Shown here in pieces: positions 54,135-64,000 of a DNA stretch of 64,000 nucleotides. Under the pieces are notes generated by a model. That model had not been told where the DNA came from. It did no database searches and saw only the letters and a program-made list of their open reading frames with translations. The stretch is from Deinococcus sp. Its GTDB lineage: Bacteria; Deinococcota; Deinococci; Deinococcales; Deinococcaceae. A program made the position numbers and the translations under genes. Within the stretch, counting starts at the first letter, position 1, and every line of letters begins with the position of its first letter. The DNA lies in assembly GCA_965261005.1 (NCBI GenBank), contig OZ253375.1, positions 2,848,001 through 2,912,000 on the forward strand, in the 5' to 3' direction.

Positions 54135-55525
54135 GAGAGGTCTCTAAAAAGCTCTGGGGCGGGCGCTTCTCGGGGGCGACCGACGAGCTGGCCGAGCAAT
54201 TCAATGCCAGCGTCACCTTCGACGCGCGCCTCGCCGTGTACGACATTCGCGGCAGCCTCGCGCACGTCGCCATGTTGGGCGAGAAGGACATTCTCACGGG
54301 GGAAGAGGTTGGGCAGATCGAGTCCGGGCTGCGCGACATTCTGGCCGAAGTCGAGGCCGGCACCTTCGGGTGGCGCCAGGACCGCGAGGACGTGCACATG
54401 AACGTCGAGGCGGCCCTGGCGGAGCGCATCGGGCCGGTGGCGGGCAAGCTGCACACCGCGCGCAGCCGCAACGACCAGGTGGCGACCGACTTCCGGCTGT
54501 GGACCCTCGACGCCTGTACCGAGCTGGCCGGCGCGCTGCGCCAATTGCGCGGCGTGCTGATCGCCGAGGCGGAGAAGTACCTCCCCGCCGAGGTCATCAT
54601 GCCGGGCTACACCCACCTCCAGGTCGCCCAGCCGGTGCTGCTGTCGCACTGGTTCCTGGCCTACGCCGAGATGATTGAGCGCGACGAGGGTCGCCTGCGC
54701 GACGCGGGCGAGCGTATGGACGAAAGCCCGCTCGGCTCGGGCGCGCTGGCCGGCACCCCTTGGCCGATTGACCGCTTCGCGACGGCCCACGCCCTCGGCT
54801 TTGCCCGGCCGACCCGCAACAGCTTGGATGCGGTGGGAAGCCGCGACTTCGCGCTGGAGTTCCTGAGCGCTTGCGCCGTCGCCATGACCCACCTGTCGCG
54901 CCTGTCCGAGGAGCTGATCCTGTTTTCCAGCTTCGAGTTCGGCTTCCTCACCTTGCCCGACAGCCACACCACCGGCAGTTCCATCATGCCGCAGAAGAAA
55001 AACCCCGACGTGTGCGAGCTGGCGCGCGGCAAGGCGGGGCGGGTCTTCGGCGACCTGCTGGGCCTGCTGACCGTCGTGAAGGGCCTGCCGCTCGCCTACA
55101 ACAAGGACTTGCAGGAGGACAAGGAGCCGGTCTTCGACGCCTTCGACACCCTGAACGTGATTCTCAGGCTGTATGCCGACATGCTGCCGAAAATCGAGTG
55201 GCACGAACTCAAACTCCTGGCGGCGGCCCAGCGCGGCTACAGCACCGCCACCGACCTCGCCGATTTGCTGGCGCGCTCGGGGGTGCCCTTTCGCGAGGCG
55301 CACGAGGTCGTGGGCGCTTTGGTCGCCAAGTGTATCCGGGAAGGCAAGCGGCTGTGGGACCTGAGCGGGGAGGAATTGGCGGCGGCCCACCCGAACTTGG
55401 CCGGGGTCACGCCCGATCAACTGACCGTGCAGGCCAGCGTAAAGTCCCGCACCGTCTATGGCGGCACCGCGCCGGAGGCGGTGCGCGAGCTGCTGGGCCG
55501 CGCCAAGCGGAGACTGGAGTTCTGA
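54131..55525 (+). CDS. argH: Argininosuccinate lyase
   Basis: LWGGRF, HTARSRNDQ, GYTHLQ, GSSIMPQKKNPD. Confidence 0.97.
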   Translation: MREVSKKLWGGRFSGATDELAEQFNASVTFDARLAVYDIRGSLAHVAMLGEKDILTGEEVGQIESGLRDILAEVEAGTFGWRQDREDVHMNVEAALAERIGPVAGKLHTARSRNDQVATDFRLWTLDACTELAGALRQLRGVLIAEAEKYLPAEVIMPGYTHLQVAQPVLLSHWFLAYAEMIERDEGRLRDAGERMDESPLGSGALAGTPWPIDRFATAHALGFARPTRNSLDAVGSRDFALEFLSACAVAMTHLSRLSEELILFSSFEFGFLTLPDSHTTGSSIMPQKKNPDVCELARGKAGRVFGDLLGLLTVVKGLPLAYNKDLQEDKEPVFDAFDTLNVILRLYADMLPKIEWHELKLLAAAQRGYSTATDLADLLARSGVPFREAHEVVGALVAKCIREGKRLWDLSGEELAAAHPNLAGVTPDQLTVQASVKSRTVYGGTAPEAVRELLGRAKRRLEF

Positions 55526-56047
55526 ATGCTGGCCCTCGATTCCATCGCCGTTCCCGATTTGCACCCCCAGGCGCCCGTCACCGCCCGCAAGGCCCGCCTG
55601 AGCGACGTGGACGCCCTGCACGAGTTGATCGGCTACTGGGCGGCGCGCGGCCAGATGCTGGTGAGAAGCAAGAACCTCTTGGCCGAGAGCATTCGCGACT
55701 TCACCGTGCTGGAGGCGGGGGCTTATTCAGGCCAGCCCGGCGGCTTGGCCGGCGTGTGCGGTCTGCACCTGCTCGGCTCCGACCTGGCCGAGGTGCGCGG
55801 CTTGGCGATTCACCCGGCCTTTCAGGGGCGCGGCCTGGGCAAACAGCTGGTCCTGGCCTGCGAGCGCGAGGCGAGCGAATTGGCCCTGCCCGCACTGTTC
55901 GCCTGGACCTACCAGCAGAAGTTCTTCGAGAGCTGCGGTTTCACGCGCATGGACAAGACGAATTTGCACCCGAAGGTCTGGAGCGAGTGCCAGCGCTGCC
56001 CCTTTTTCGAGAACTGCAACGAGATCGCGATGGAGAAGAAGTTGTGA
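55526..56047 (+). CDS. Short GNAT N-acetylglutamate synthase, arg(A) type
   Basis: LAEVRGLAI...QGRGLGK...[11 protein letters not shown]...CNEIAM; lies in the arg operon. Confidence 0.8.
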   Translation: MLALDSIAVPDLHPQAPVTARKARLSDVDALHELIGYWAARGQMLVRSKNLLAESIRDFTVLEAGAYSGQPGGLAGVCGLHLLGSDLAEVRGLAIHPAFQGRGLGKQLVLACEREASELALPALFAWTYQQKFFESCGFTRMDKTNLHPKVWSECQRCPFFENCNEIAMEKKL

Positions 56048-56057
56048 GGAGGTCCCT

Positions 56058-57242
56058 ATGATCCTGAAAGAACGCGCCATTTTGGCCCTCGAAGATGGCA
56101 CCGTCTACCGTGGCTACGCCTTCGGGCAGCGGGGCGAGACGGTGGGGGAGGTCGTCTTCAACACCTCCATGACCGGCTACCAGGAGATCATGACCGACCC
56201 CAGCTACAACGGGCAGATCGTGTGCATGACCTATCCGCACATCGGCAACTACGGCGTGGCGATCTACGACATGGAGAGCAACCGGCCCTTTGTTCGCGGC
56301 TTGATCGGGCGCGAGTTCTCGCAGGGCTACAGCAACCACCGCGCCAGCCAGAGCCTACAGGACTTCATGGCGCAGTACGGCGTGGTCAGCATCTCCGGCA
56401 TCGATACCCGCGCGCTGGTGCGCCGGCTGCGCGAGGGGGGCGTGGTGAAGGGGGTGGTGGCGCACCGCTCGTACACCCACCCAGACGACCCCTACGGCGA
56501 GTTTTCGCCGGGGGAGGAGGCTGAGTTCGTGCGCCGCGCGGGGGAGCACGCGGACATCGACGGGCGCGACATGACCCCCGAGGTCACGACGCCGCTGCCC
56601 TACGCCTACCCGACTTTGCGGCAAGGGAAGCGCGTTGTGCTGCTCGACTTCGGCATCAAGCACACCATTGTCAAGCGGCTGGCCGAGGTCGGCATCGAAC
56701 CCATCGTGGTGCCGGCGCAGACCAGCCCGGCGCAGATCATGGCGCTCTCGCCGCACGGCCTGTTTCTCTCCAACGGCCCCGGCGACCCGGGGGCGCCCAA
56801 GTACGCCCACAAGACCGCCTGGGAATTGATGGGCCTGCTGCCGACCTTCGGCATTTGCCTGGGACACCAGATTCTGGCCCTCGCGGTGGGCGGCAAGACC
56901 TTCAAGATGAAGTTCGGCCACCGCGGCGGCAACCAGCCGGTCAAGAACCTGCTGACCGGCACAATCGAGATCACGGCGCAGAACCACGGCTACGCGGTGG
57001 ACTTGGAGAGTATGCCGCCGGGCCAGTTCGTGGCGACCCACGTCAACCTCAACGACGGCTCGCTGGAGGGCATGGCGCACGCCCGCTACCCGGTCTTCAG
57101 CGTGCAGTACCACCCCGAGGCCAGCCCCGGCCCGCACGACTCGCGCTACCTGTTCGAGCGCTTCATCCAGGAAATCGACTTGTTCGACGGCCCGACCGGC
57201 ACGCCGGTGGAAAAGGCCGCCGCCGGCCGTCTGGGGCTGTAG
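56058..57242 (+). CDS. carA: Carbamoyl-phosphate synthase small subunit
   Basis: [33 protein letters not shown]. Confidence 0.97.
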   Translation: MILKERAILALEDGTVYRGYAFGQRGETVGEVVFNTSMTGYQEIMTDPSYNGQIVCMTYPHIGNYGVAIYDMESNRPFVRGLIGREFSQGYSNHRASQSLQDFMAQYGVVSISGIDTRALVRRLREGGVVKGVVAHRSYTHPDDPYGEFSPGEEAEFVRRAGEHADIDGRDMTPEVTTPLPYAYPTLRQGKRVVLLDFGIKHTIVKRLAEVGIEPIVVPAQTSPAQIMALSPHGLFLSNGPGDPGAPKYAHKTAWELMGLLPTFGICLGHQILALAVGGKTFKMKFGHRGGNQPVKNLLTGTIEITAQNHGYAVDLESMPPGQFVATHVNLNDGSLEGMAHARYPVFSVQYHPEASPGPHDSRYLFERFIQEIDLFDGPTGTPVEKAAAGRLGL

Positions 57243-57405
57243 TGCCGAGGGACCGCAAGCCGTCCGAGCGGCCCAGCAAGATTTGTCCCGTGTGCGGTTT
57301 GCCCTTCAGCTGGCGCAAGAAGTGGGAGCGCGACTGGGAAAGCGTCAAGTACTGCTCGGACCGCTGCCGGGCGCGGGCGAAGCCGACTGGCTCTACACTG
57401 GGCCA

Positions 57406-57409
<4 letters not shown>
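57242..57409 (+). CDS. DUF2256-family small Cys-rich protein
   Basis: [33 protein letters not shown]. Confidence 0.88.
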
Positions 57410-59211
<1,802 letters not shown>

Positions 59212-59214
59212 ACC

Positions 59215-59649
59215 TCAGCCCGCGACCTTGCCCAGGTTGTCGGCGCCGGGGTTGGATAAGTAGATGTCGAGGTTGCTGGGGTTGGCCGCCGCCATCAGCT
59301 TGTTCACCTCGGCCTCCTCCGGCTCGCGCAGCCAGCGGCCGAAGTCGTAGCTGCTGATGACCGTCTCCTTGACGTTCTCGATGCCGGCGGCGCGCGCCCA
59401 ACCCGCCAGCGAGCGCAGCGCGCCCTCCCCTTCCTCGCCGAAGCGCGGGCCGAAGGCGTCCACCGTCAGGGCCGTCTCAGACTTGGTATGCACGACCGCC
59501 GCGTAGCGCGCGTGGTCGCGCTTGCCTTGGGTGTCGGTCACCAGGACCAGAATGGCGCCCGTAAGGTCTTGGTCGCCGAAGTGGTCGGTCAGGGCGCGCA
59601 GCGTTTCGGCCGGGGCGCCGAGGACGCCGAGGGGGTCGGAAAGGGGCAT
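59215..59649 (-). CDS. Conserved Deinococcus-Thermus hypothetical protein (DUF3197-like)
   Basis: DPLGVLGAP...VTDTQGKRDHARYAA...AFGPRFG; host-like codon usage. Confidence 0.6.
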   Translation of the reverse strand: MPLSDPLGVLGAPAETLRALTDHFGDQDLTGAILVLVTDTQGKRDHARYAAVVHTKSETALTVDAFGPRFGEEGEGALRSLAGWARAAGIENVKETVISSYDFGRWLREPEEAEVNKLMAAANPSNLDIYLSNPGADNLGKVAG

Positions 59650-59661
59650 GGCCCCATCTTA

Positions 59662-61279
59662 TACAAATTCCGAAAAGTTCCGTACATTTCGGAACTTGTA
59701 TGTGATTAGCGGGTGTTTTGTTGCTGTCGGTGGTCAAGCAGGGTTTGGAAGGGATCGAGTCCAGCGAGGCGGGCCGTTTGCGTAATGGACTTGAAGATGG
59801 CGAACGCCTCGCTGCCCCCGAAGGACTTGCTGCACTGCGACACCTTGCGCGCGATCACCGCCGGTCGAAGTGCCCGCTCCGCCGCGTTGTTGGTCGGCGG
59901 TACGTTCGGGTCCATCAGAAAGCGCAGCAGATTCTCCCGCTGGTGATGCTTGCGGATGCCGCGCACCAGCCGTTTGTTTTCTCGTGAACGACACGAGGCG
60001 AACAGGCGCTTCTCGATCTTCAAACGCAGCGCCTCTCCACGCTGACGGTACTTGTCGAGCGTGCAGTCTCCCTGTTGGAAGCGCGCGTGCAACATCAAAG
60101 CCGCCCGGAAGTCTTCGAGCAAGCTCCGCGCAAAGTCCCGTCCCCGTCCTCGCTTGCCGTGCTGGTCCTCTAGCGCCGCTTCACACGAGCGGATGACATG
60201 GTGAATGCACTTCTGCTGTGCTACGTCTTTGAAGCTGGCGTGGTCGTAGCTGCTAAAGCGGTCCACGCACAACACGCCCGCGTAGTTCTGCGGCACCACC
60301 TCCTGCACCTCGGCGTGGGTGTGCCGCGCGCGAATTTGGTACACCACCGAGACCGGTGTGCGGAACACCTGGAGCCAGGCTTGTTCCCCGTGCACCCGCC
60401 AGCCCGTGTCGTCCTGATGGACCAAGGGCTGCCGTTGCACGTCATCGCGCAACTGCCGGTACTCGCCTGACAGCGCGCTGCCCTCTTGGCTTTGTCGCAA
60501 CGCGTCTTGCGTCAGCGCCCCCTGCGTCACCCTCAGCCCGCTGGTGAGGCGCAGCACCTCAGGAACTTTCCGAACCGGTACACCGAGATCATAGTGCAGC
60601 GCGTGAGCAAGGCTCAGCACCTCCGGACCCAGACGGTGGGCGGTGGCCCCTCGTTGATCCTCACGCACGTCCGGGTGCGTCGCTCGCACGCGGCGACCAC
60701 AGTGCCGACACTGCCCCACGGCGAGGTGGTAGGCCGTCACTTGGGGACGGCGCTCCGGGAGGTCCGTGACAGTGGCGAGGTCGGTGTGGCTCGCGTCGAG
60801 CGCCCCACCGCACCGACACTGAGCGGGCAGGAGAACATCCACGACACGGGTGATGTCCTCGTTCTCAGGTGGCGCGCGGAAGGTGAACGCGCCCTGCCCC
60901 GCGCGGCGTCCACTCGGCTGAGGGTTCGCCTTGGGGGTGCCTCGGCTGAAGGGGGCGACATGCTTCTTCTGGCGACGCTCCAACTCTTCGATCCGCTTCC
61001 TGAGCCGAGCGTTTTCTTCGTGCAGTTGTCTATTTTCGGCTTCGAGGCGTTCGATGCGAGCGGTGAGGGTACGCACCAACTCCAGGAGTTCGGTCACGCT
61101 GGGGGTCGCCTCGCCGCTCATCCCGCTTACCCTACAAGACACTCTCTCTCCCTACCACCTCGCTAATCAAATACCGGAACTTTTCTGAGCGGACGCGAGT
61201 AGGAAAAACATACGGGTTCCGCGATATGAAGTACACGGAGCGCTTTTTGCGAAGTGTACGGAATAAAGCGGAATCCGTA
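59662..61279 (-). repeat. Deinococcus small repeat split by IS66
   Basis: With the IS removed, the minus strand reads TACGGATTCCGCTT...ATCGCGGAACCCGTATGTTTTTCCTACTCGCGTCCGCTCAGAAAAGTTCCG-AAATGTA-CGGAACTTTTCGGAATTTGTA; TTA on both flanks (plus strand). Confidence 0.82.
59698..61174 (-). mobile_element. Intact single-ORF IS66-family element; transposase 59706..61121
   Basis: TIR GTATGTGATTAGCG / CGCTAATCAAATAC; 8-bp duplication CGGAACTT (59690-97, 61175-82); HQDDTGW, PTNNAAERALR. Confidence 0.93.
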
Positions 61280-61345
61280 TTAGCCGGATTCGGGAACGTT
61301 CCAAACCTACGGGCGCATTTGGCGTCAGGCACTAGACTTTTCCCT

Positions 61346-62050
61346 ATGAAAGCCTCCTCTAACAACGTGGCCCAACTGATGGCCCAGGCGCGCGGCGGGC
61401 GGGTGGTGCGCAGCGGCTTCGTGGACGCGGACAGCATTGACCGCCGTCTGCTCACGGACACCGAGGTGCGCCACCAACTCGCCGGCGGCTTTCCCGACGC
61501 CCGGCGCGTGGTGCTGACCCTCTACCCCGAGCACATCCCGAACGTGGACGTGGGCGTGGCGGTGCTGCGCGTGACGGGGGACTTCCGGCCCGACTTCGAG
61601 CTGCAAGACTTCGCGGTGGCGTTGCGGCGGCTGGACCTGCCCGAGGACGGCCTGGGAGACCTGCGCGAGGAGCGCGGCGCCTTTTTGATCGCGGCCACCG
61701 GCAAGGCGAAGGCGGCCCTTCTCGCCCTGACCGAGCTGGCCGGCGCGAACGTGGAAATCGAGGACGTCGGCGAAAGCGCCGGCCGCCCGGCCAAGACGCG
61801 CGAGGTGGTGGTGCCCAGCTTGCGCCTCGACGTGGTGGGCGCCAAGGGCTTCGGGGTGTCGCGGGCCTACTTTCAGCAGGGCGTGGACGGCGGCAAGGTG
61901 CGCCTCAACGGCGCGGTGGCGCGCGCCAGCGCCGAGGTCCGCGAGGGCGACAGCCTCAGCGCCGAGGGCCTGGGGCGGGTGGACTTCAAGCGGGTGGTGA
62001 ACGAGACCCGGCGCGGCAACTACAAGGTGGAGCTGGAGGTCCACCGCTGA
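61346..62050 (+). CDS. YlmH-like RNA-binding protein with S4 domain
   Basis: GGFPDARR, LGDL, SLRLDVVGAKGFGVSRA, EGDSLSAEGLGR. Confidence 0.85.
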   Translation: MKASSNNVAQLMAQARGGRVVRSGFVDADSIDRRLLTDTEVRHQLAGGFPDARRVVLTLYPEHIPNVDVGVAVLRVTGDFRPDFELQDFAVALRRLDLPEDGLGDLREERGAFLIAATGKAKAALLALTELAGANVEIEDVGESAGRPAKTREVVVPSLRLDVVGAKGFGVSRAYFQQGVDGGKVRLNGAVARASAEVREGDSLSAEGLGRVDFKRVVNETRRGNYKVELEVHR

Positions 62051-62060
62051 GCCGGGCGCC

Positions 62061-63089
62061 ATGATTGATCTGACCGCCTGCTTTCCCGAGCTGACGCCGG
62101 GCGAGCTGCTGGCCGGCTTCGTGCCGGGGGCGCGCTTCGCCGGGGTCAGCTTCGGTAATTACCGTGCCGACCCCCGCTTTCCCTCGCAGGCGCAGGCCAA
62201 GCGGACGCTGGAGACCTTTGCGGCGCGGGCGCCCGCGCGGCGCGGCGGCTGGTTCCGGCGCCAGCCCCCCGGCGAGGGGTGGTACCTCGACGGCGGCTTC
62301 GGGGTGGGCAAGACCCATTTGCTGGCGGCCACTTGGCGGGCCTTTTCTGAGGGGCGTCCCGGCAAGGCGGCCTTTCTGAGCTTTCAGGACTTGGTGTACG
62401 CCGTGGGCGCCCTGGGCATGGGGGAGGCGGAGCGGGCGTTCGGCGCCTATCAACTGCTGGCCCTCGACGAGTTCGAGCTGGACGACCCCGGCAACACCCA
62501 CTTGGTCGGCACGCTGCTGGGCCGTTTGATGCCAGAAGGGCTGAACGTCGTCACGACCTCCAACGCCGCCCCCGGCGCGCTGGGCCAGGGCCGCTTCGAC
62601 GCCGCCGCCTTCGGGCAGCAGATCGAGGGCATCGCGCGGCGCTTCACGGTGCTGCCGGTGGACGGGCCGGACTACCGGGCGCGCGGCGGCGCGTTGGGAG
62701 CGCCCTTCACGGCCGCCGGGTACGCCGCTTGGCGCGCGGGGCAGGACCCGGATAGCTTGGCGGAGCTGAGCGGCGAGGCGCTGGAGCGCCACTTAAAAGA
62801 AGTCCACCCGGCGCGCTTCGGCAAGCTGCTCGCCGGCGTGGGCGCGGTGGGCCTACTGGACCTGCGCCCCTTCGAGGACCAAAGCGCCGCGCTGCGCTTC
62901 GTCCACTTCGCCGACAAGGTGTACGACCTGAAGCTGGGCTTCGCCCTGACGGGGGCGCCGCTGGAAAGTCTGTTCGCCGATACGTACCGCCACGGCGCCT
63001 ATGCCAAAAAGTACAGCCGCTGTCTGTCGCGCCTGTCAGAAATGCTGCTGGAGGCCCAAGCTGAACGTGCAGAAAAAGTCACGGATTAG
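62061..63089 (+). CDS. zapE: AFG1/ZapE-family ATPase
   Basis: YLDGGFGVGKTHLL, LDEFE, TTSN, ALRFVHFADKVYD. Confidence 0.88.
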   Translation: MIDLTACFPELTPGELLAGFVPGARFAGVSFGNYRADPRFPSQAQAKRTLETFAARAPARRGGWFRRQPPGEGWYLDGGFGVGKTHLLAATWRAFSEGRPGKAAFLSFQDLVYAVGALGMGEAERAFGAYQLLALDEFELDDPGNTHLVGTLLGRLMPEGLNVVTTSNAAPGALGQGRFDAAAFGQQIEGIARRFTVLPVDGPDYRARGGALGAPFTAAGYAAWRAGQDPDSLAELSGEALERHLKEVHPARFGKLLAGVGAVGLLDLRPFEDQSAALRFVHFADKVYDLKLGFALTGAPLESLFADTYRHGAYAKKYSRCLSRLSEMLLEAQAERAEKVTD

Positions 63090-63264
63090 AGAATATTTAC
63101 AGAGAATTTCACGTTCTTATATAGAATTTCCTTTGGAAACGCTTTCGGTTACGAGATACTAAAGACGGCCACACGGCCTTCGCATCCGCCCGGAACGTTC
63201 GCTCGGTACCCTGGGTGAGGTCGGAATTCCTTCTCTCTCCGCCACAACTCAAGGGGTTCATCAC

Positions 63265-63459
63265 ATGCGTCAGATTCAGTGTAGCTGGGTGCCGGGCACG
63301 CTCAACCGCGTGCGCATCCAAGGACCGAGCGGGCCGTTCGAGATCACCATGGAGCGCGCCGAGCGCGTGCTGGGGCGCGGGAAGTTGCACGACCTGTACC
63401 TCAAGGGCAAAATGGTCCTGAACGTCGGCGAAGAGGACATCAGAAACCTCGTGGCGTGA
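63265..63459 (+). CDS. Small hypothetical protein (64 aa)
   Basis: AAGGGG RBS, host-like codon usage, followed by a terminator. Confidence 0.7.
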   Translation: MRQIQCSWVPGTLNRVRIQGPSGPFEITMERAERVLGRGKLHDLYLKGKMVLNVGEEDIRNLVA

Positions 63460-63472
63460 GGCCGCGCTTTTG

Positions 63473-63502
63473 GGGCCGGATTCGTCCGGCCCTTTTTCTT
63501 TT
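63473..63502 (+). terminator. Intrinsic terminator
   Basis: GGGCCGGA-TTCG-TCCGGCCC followed by TTTTTCTTTT. Confidence 0.88.
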
Positions 63503-63520
63503 GCCAGGTAGCATAGGGCC

Positions 63521-64000
63521 ATGACTTCCGAACCTTTCCATCCGATTGACGTGGATCAGGCCGCCCTGCTGCGCGATCTGGAGGCCCTGGTCACCACTGA
63601 GTCCCCCTCGGAGGACCGCGCCGGCGTGAAGCGCGTGATGGAGACGGTCGAGGGCTGGCTGCGCGACCTCGGCGCGACGGTGCTGCACTTGGAGGGCGAC
63701 ACCCGGCACTTTATTTTGGACGGCCCAATCCTAAAAGGTTCTGGGAATGCCCCAGAAGACAGCGTGCTGATCCTCGCGCACGCGGACACTGTCTGGCCCC
63801 ACGGCACGCTGGAGACGATGTCCTTCCGGGTGGAGGGGGGGCGCGCCTACGGTCCTGGCACTTACGACATGAAGGGCGGCGTCGTGGGCGCGGTTCACGC
63901 CCTGCGGGCGCTGAAGGGCCAGCTCACGCGCCGGGTCGAGTTGCTGCTCACCCCCGACGAGGAGATCGGCTCGCCCGAGTCGCGCGAACACATCGAGCGC
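63521..64000 (+). CDS. M20 metallopeptidase (carboxypeptidase G2-like), 5' part only
   Basis: TESPS, AHADTVWP, GPGTYDMKGG, PDEEIGS; runs off the window. Confidence 0.9.
   Translation, partial: MTSEPFHPIDVDQAALLRDLEALVTTESPSEDRAGVKRVMETVEGWLRDLGATVLHLEGDTRHFILDGPILKGSGNAPEDSVLILAHADTVWPHGTLETMSFRVEGGRAYGPGTYDMKGGVVGAVHALRALKGQLTRRVELLLTPDEEIGSPESREHIER

Noticed and set aside
63105..63130. Second RDRM upstream of the small ORF at 63265
   Set aside because: Half-sites do not fit the 17-bp spacing.

Overview
High-GC chromosome segment, almost certainly Deinococcus or a close Deinococcales relative (ddrI-type CRP, an RDRM box upstream of gyrA, Deinococcus-type TACGG...CCGTA small repeats, many leaderless starts). 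Housekeeping content includes rdgB, dpp and liv ABC transporters, glnA, two flavin reductases, ddrI, gyrA, rpsP-khpA-rimM-trmD, ftsEX-envC, ctpA, rpe, mfd, carB/argG/argH/arg(A)/carA, pepF and zapE. There are four main accessory signals. (1) An intact IS110 element whose non-coding end reads as a complete bridge RNA: target and donor guides and a circle-junction promoter can be read from the sequence, and it is programmed against a Deinococcus small repeat. (2) An array of about 9 toxin-antitoxin modules (36.8-44.4 kb) with a recurring spacer motif, ending in an AT-rich unknown-protein + PIN pair; two more TA modules sit between carB and argG. (3) A fully resolvable nest of three IS elements (IS5, IS66, IS701) that rewrote the carB stop codon. 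(4) A candidate Arg-Arg leader-peptide attenuator in front of argG. All calls come from reading the sequence and recalling protein families; no searches or folding programs were run.
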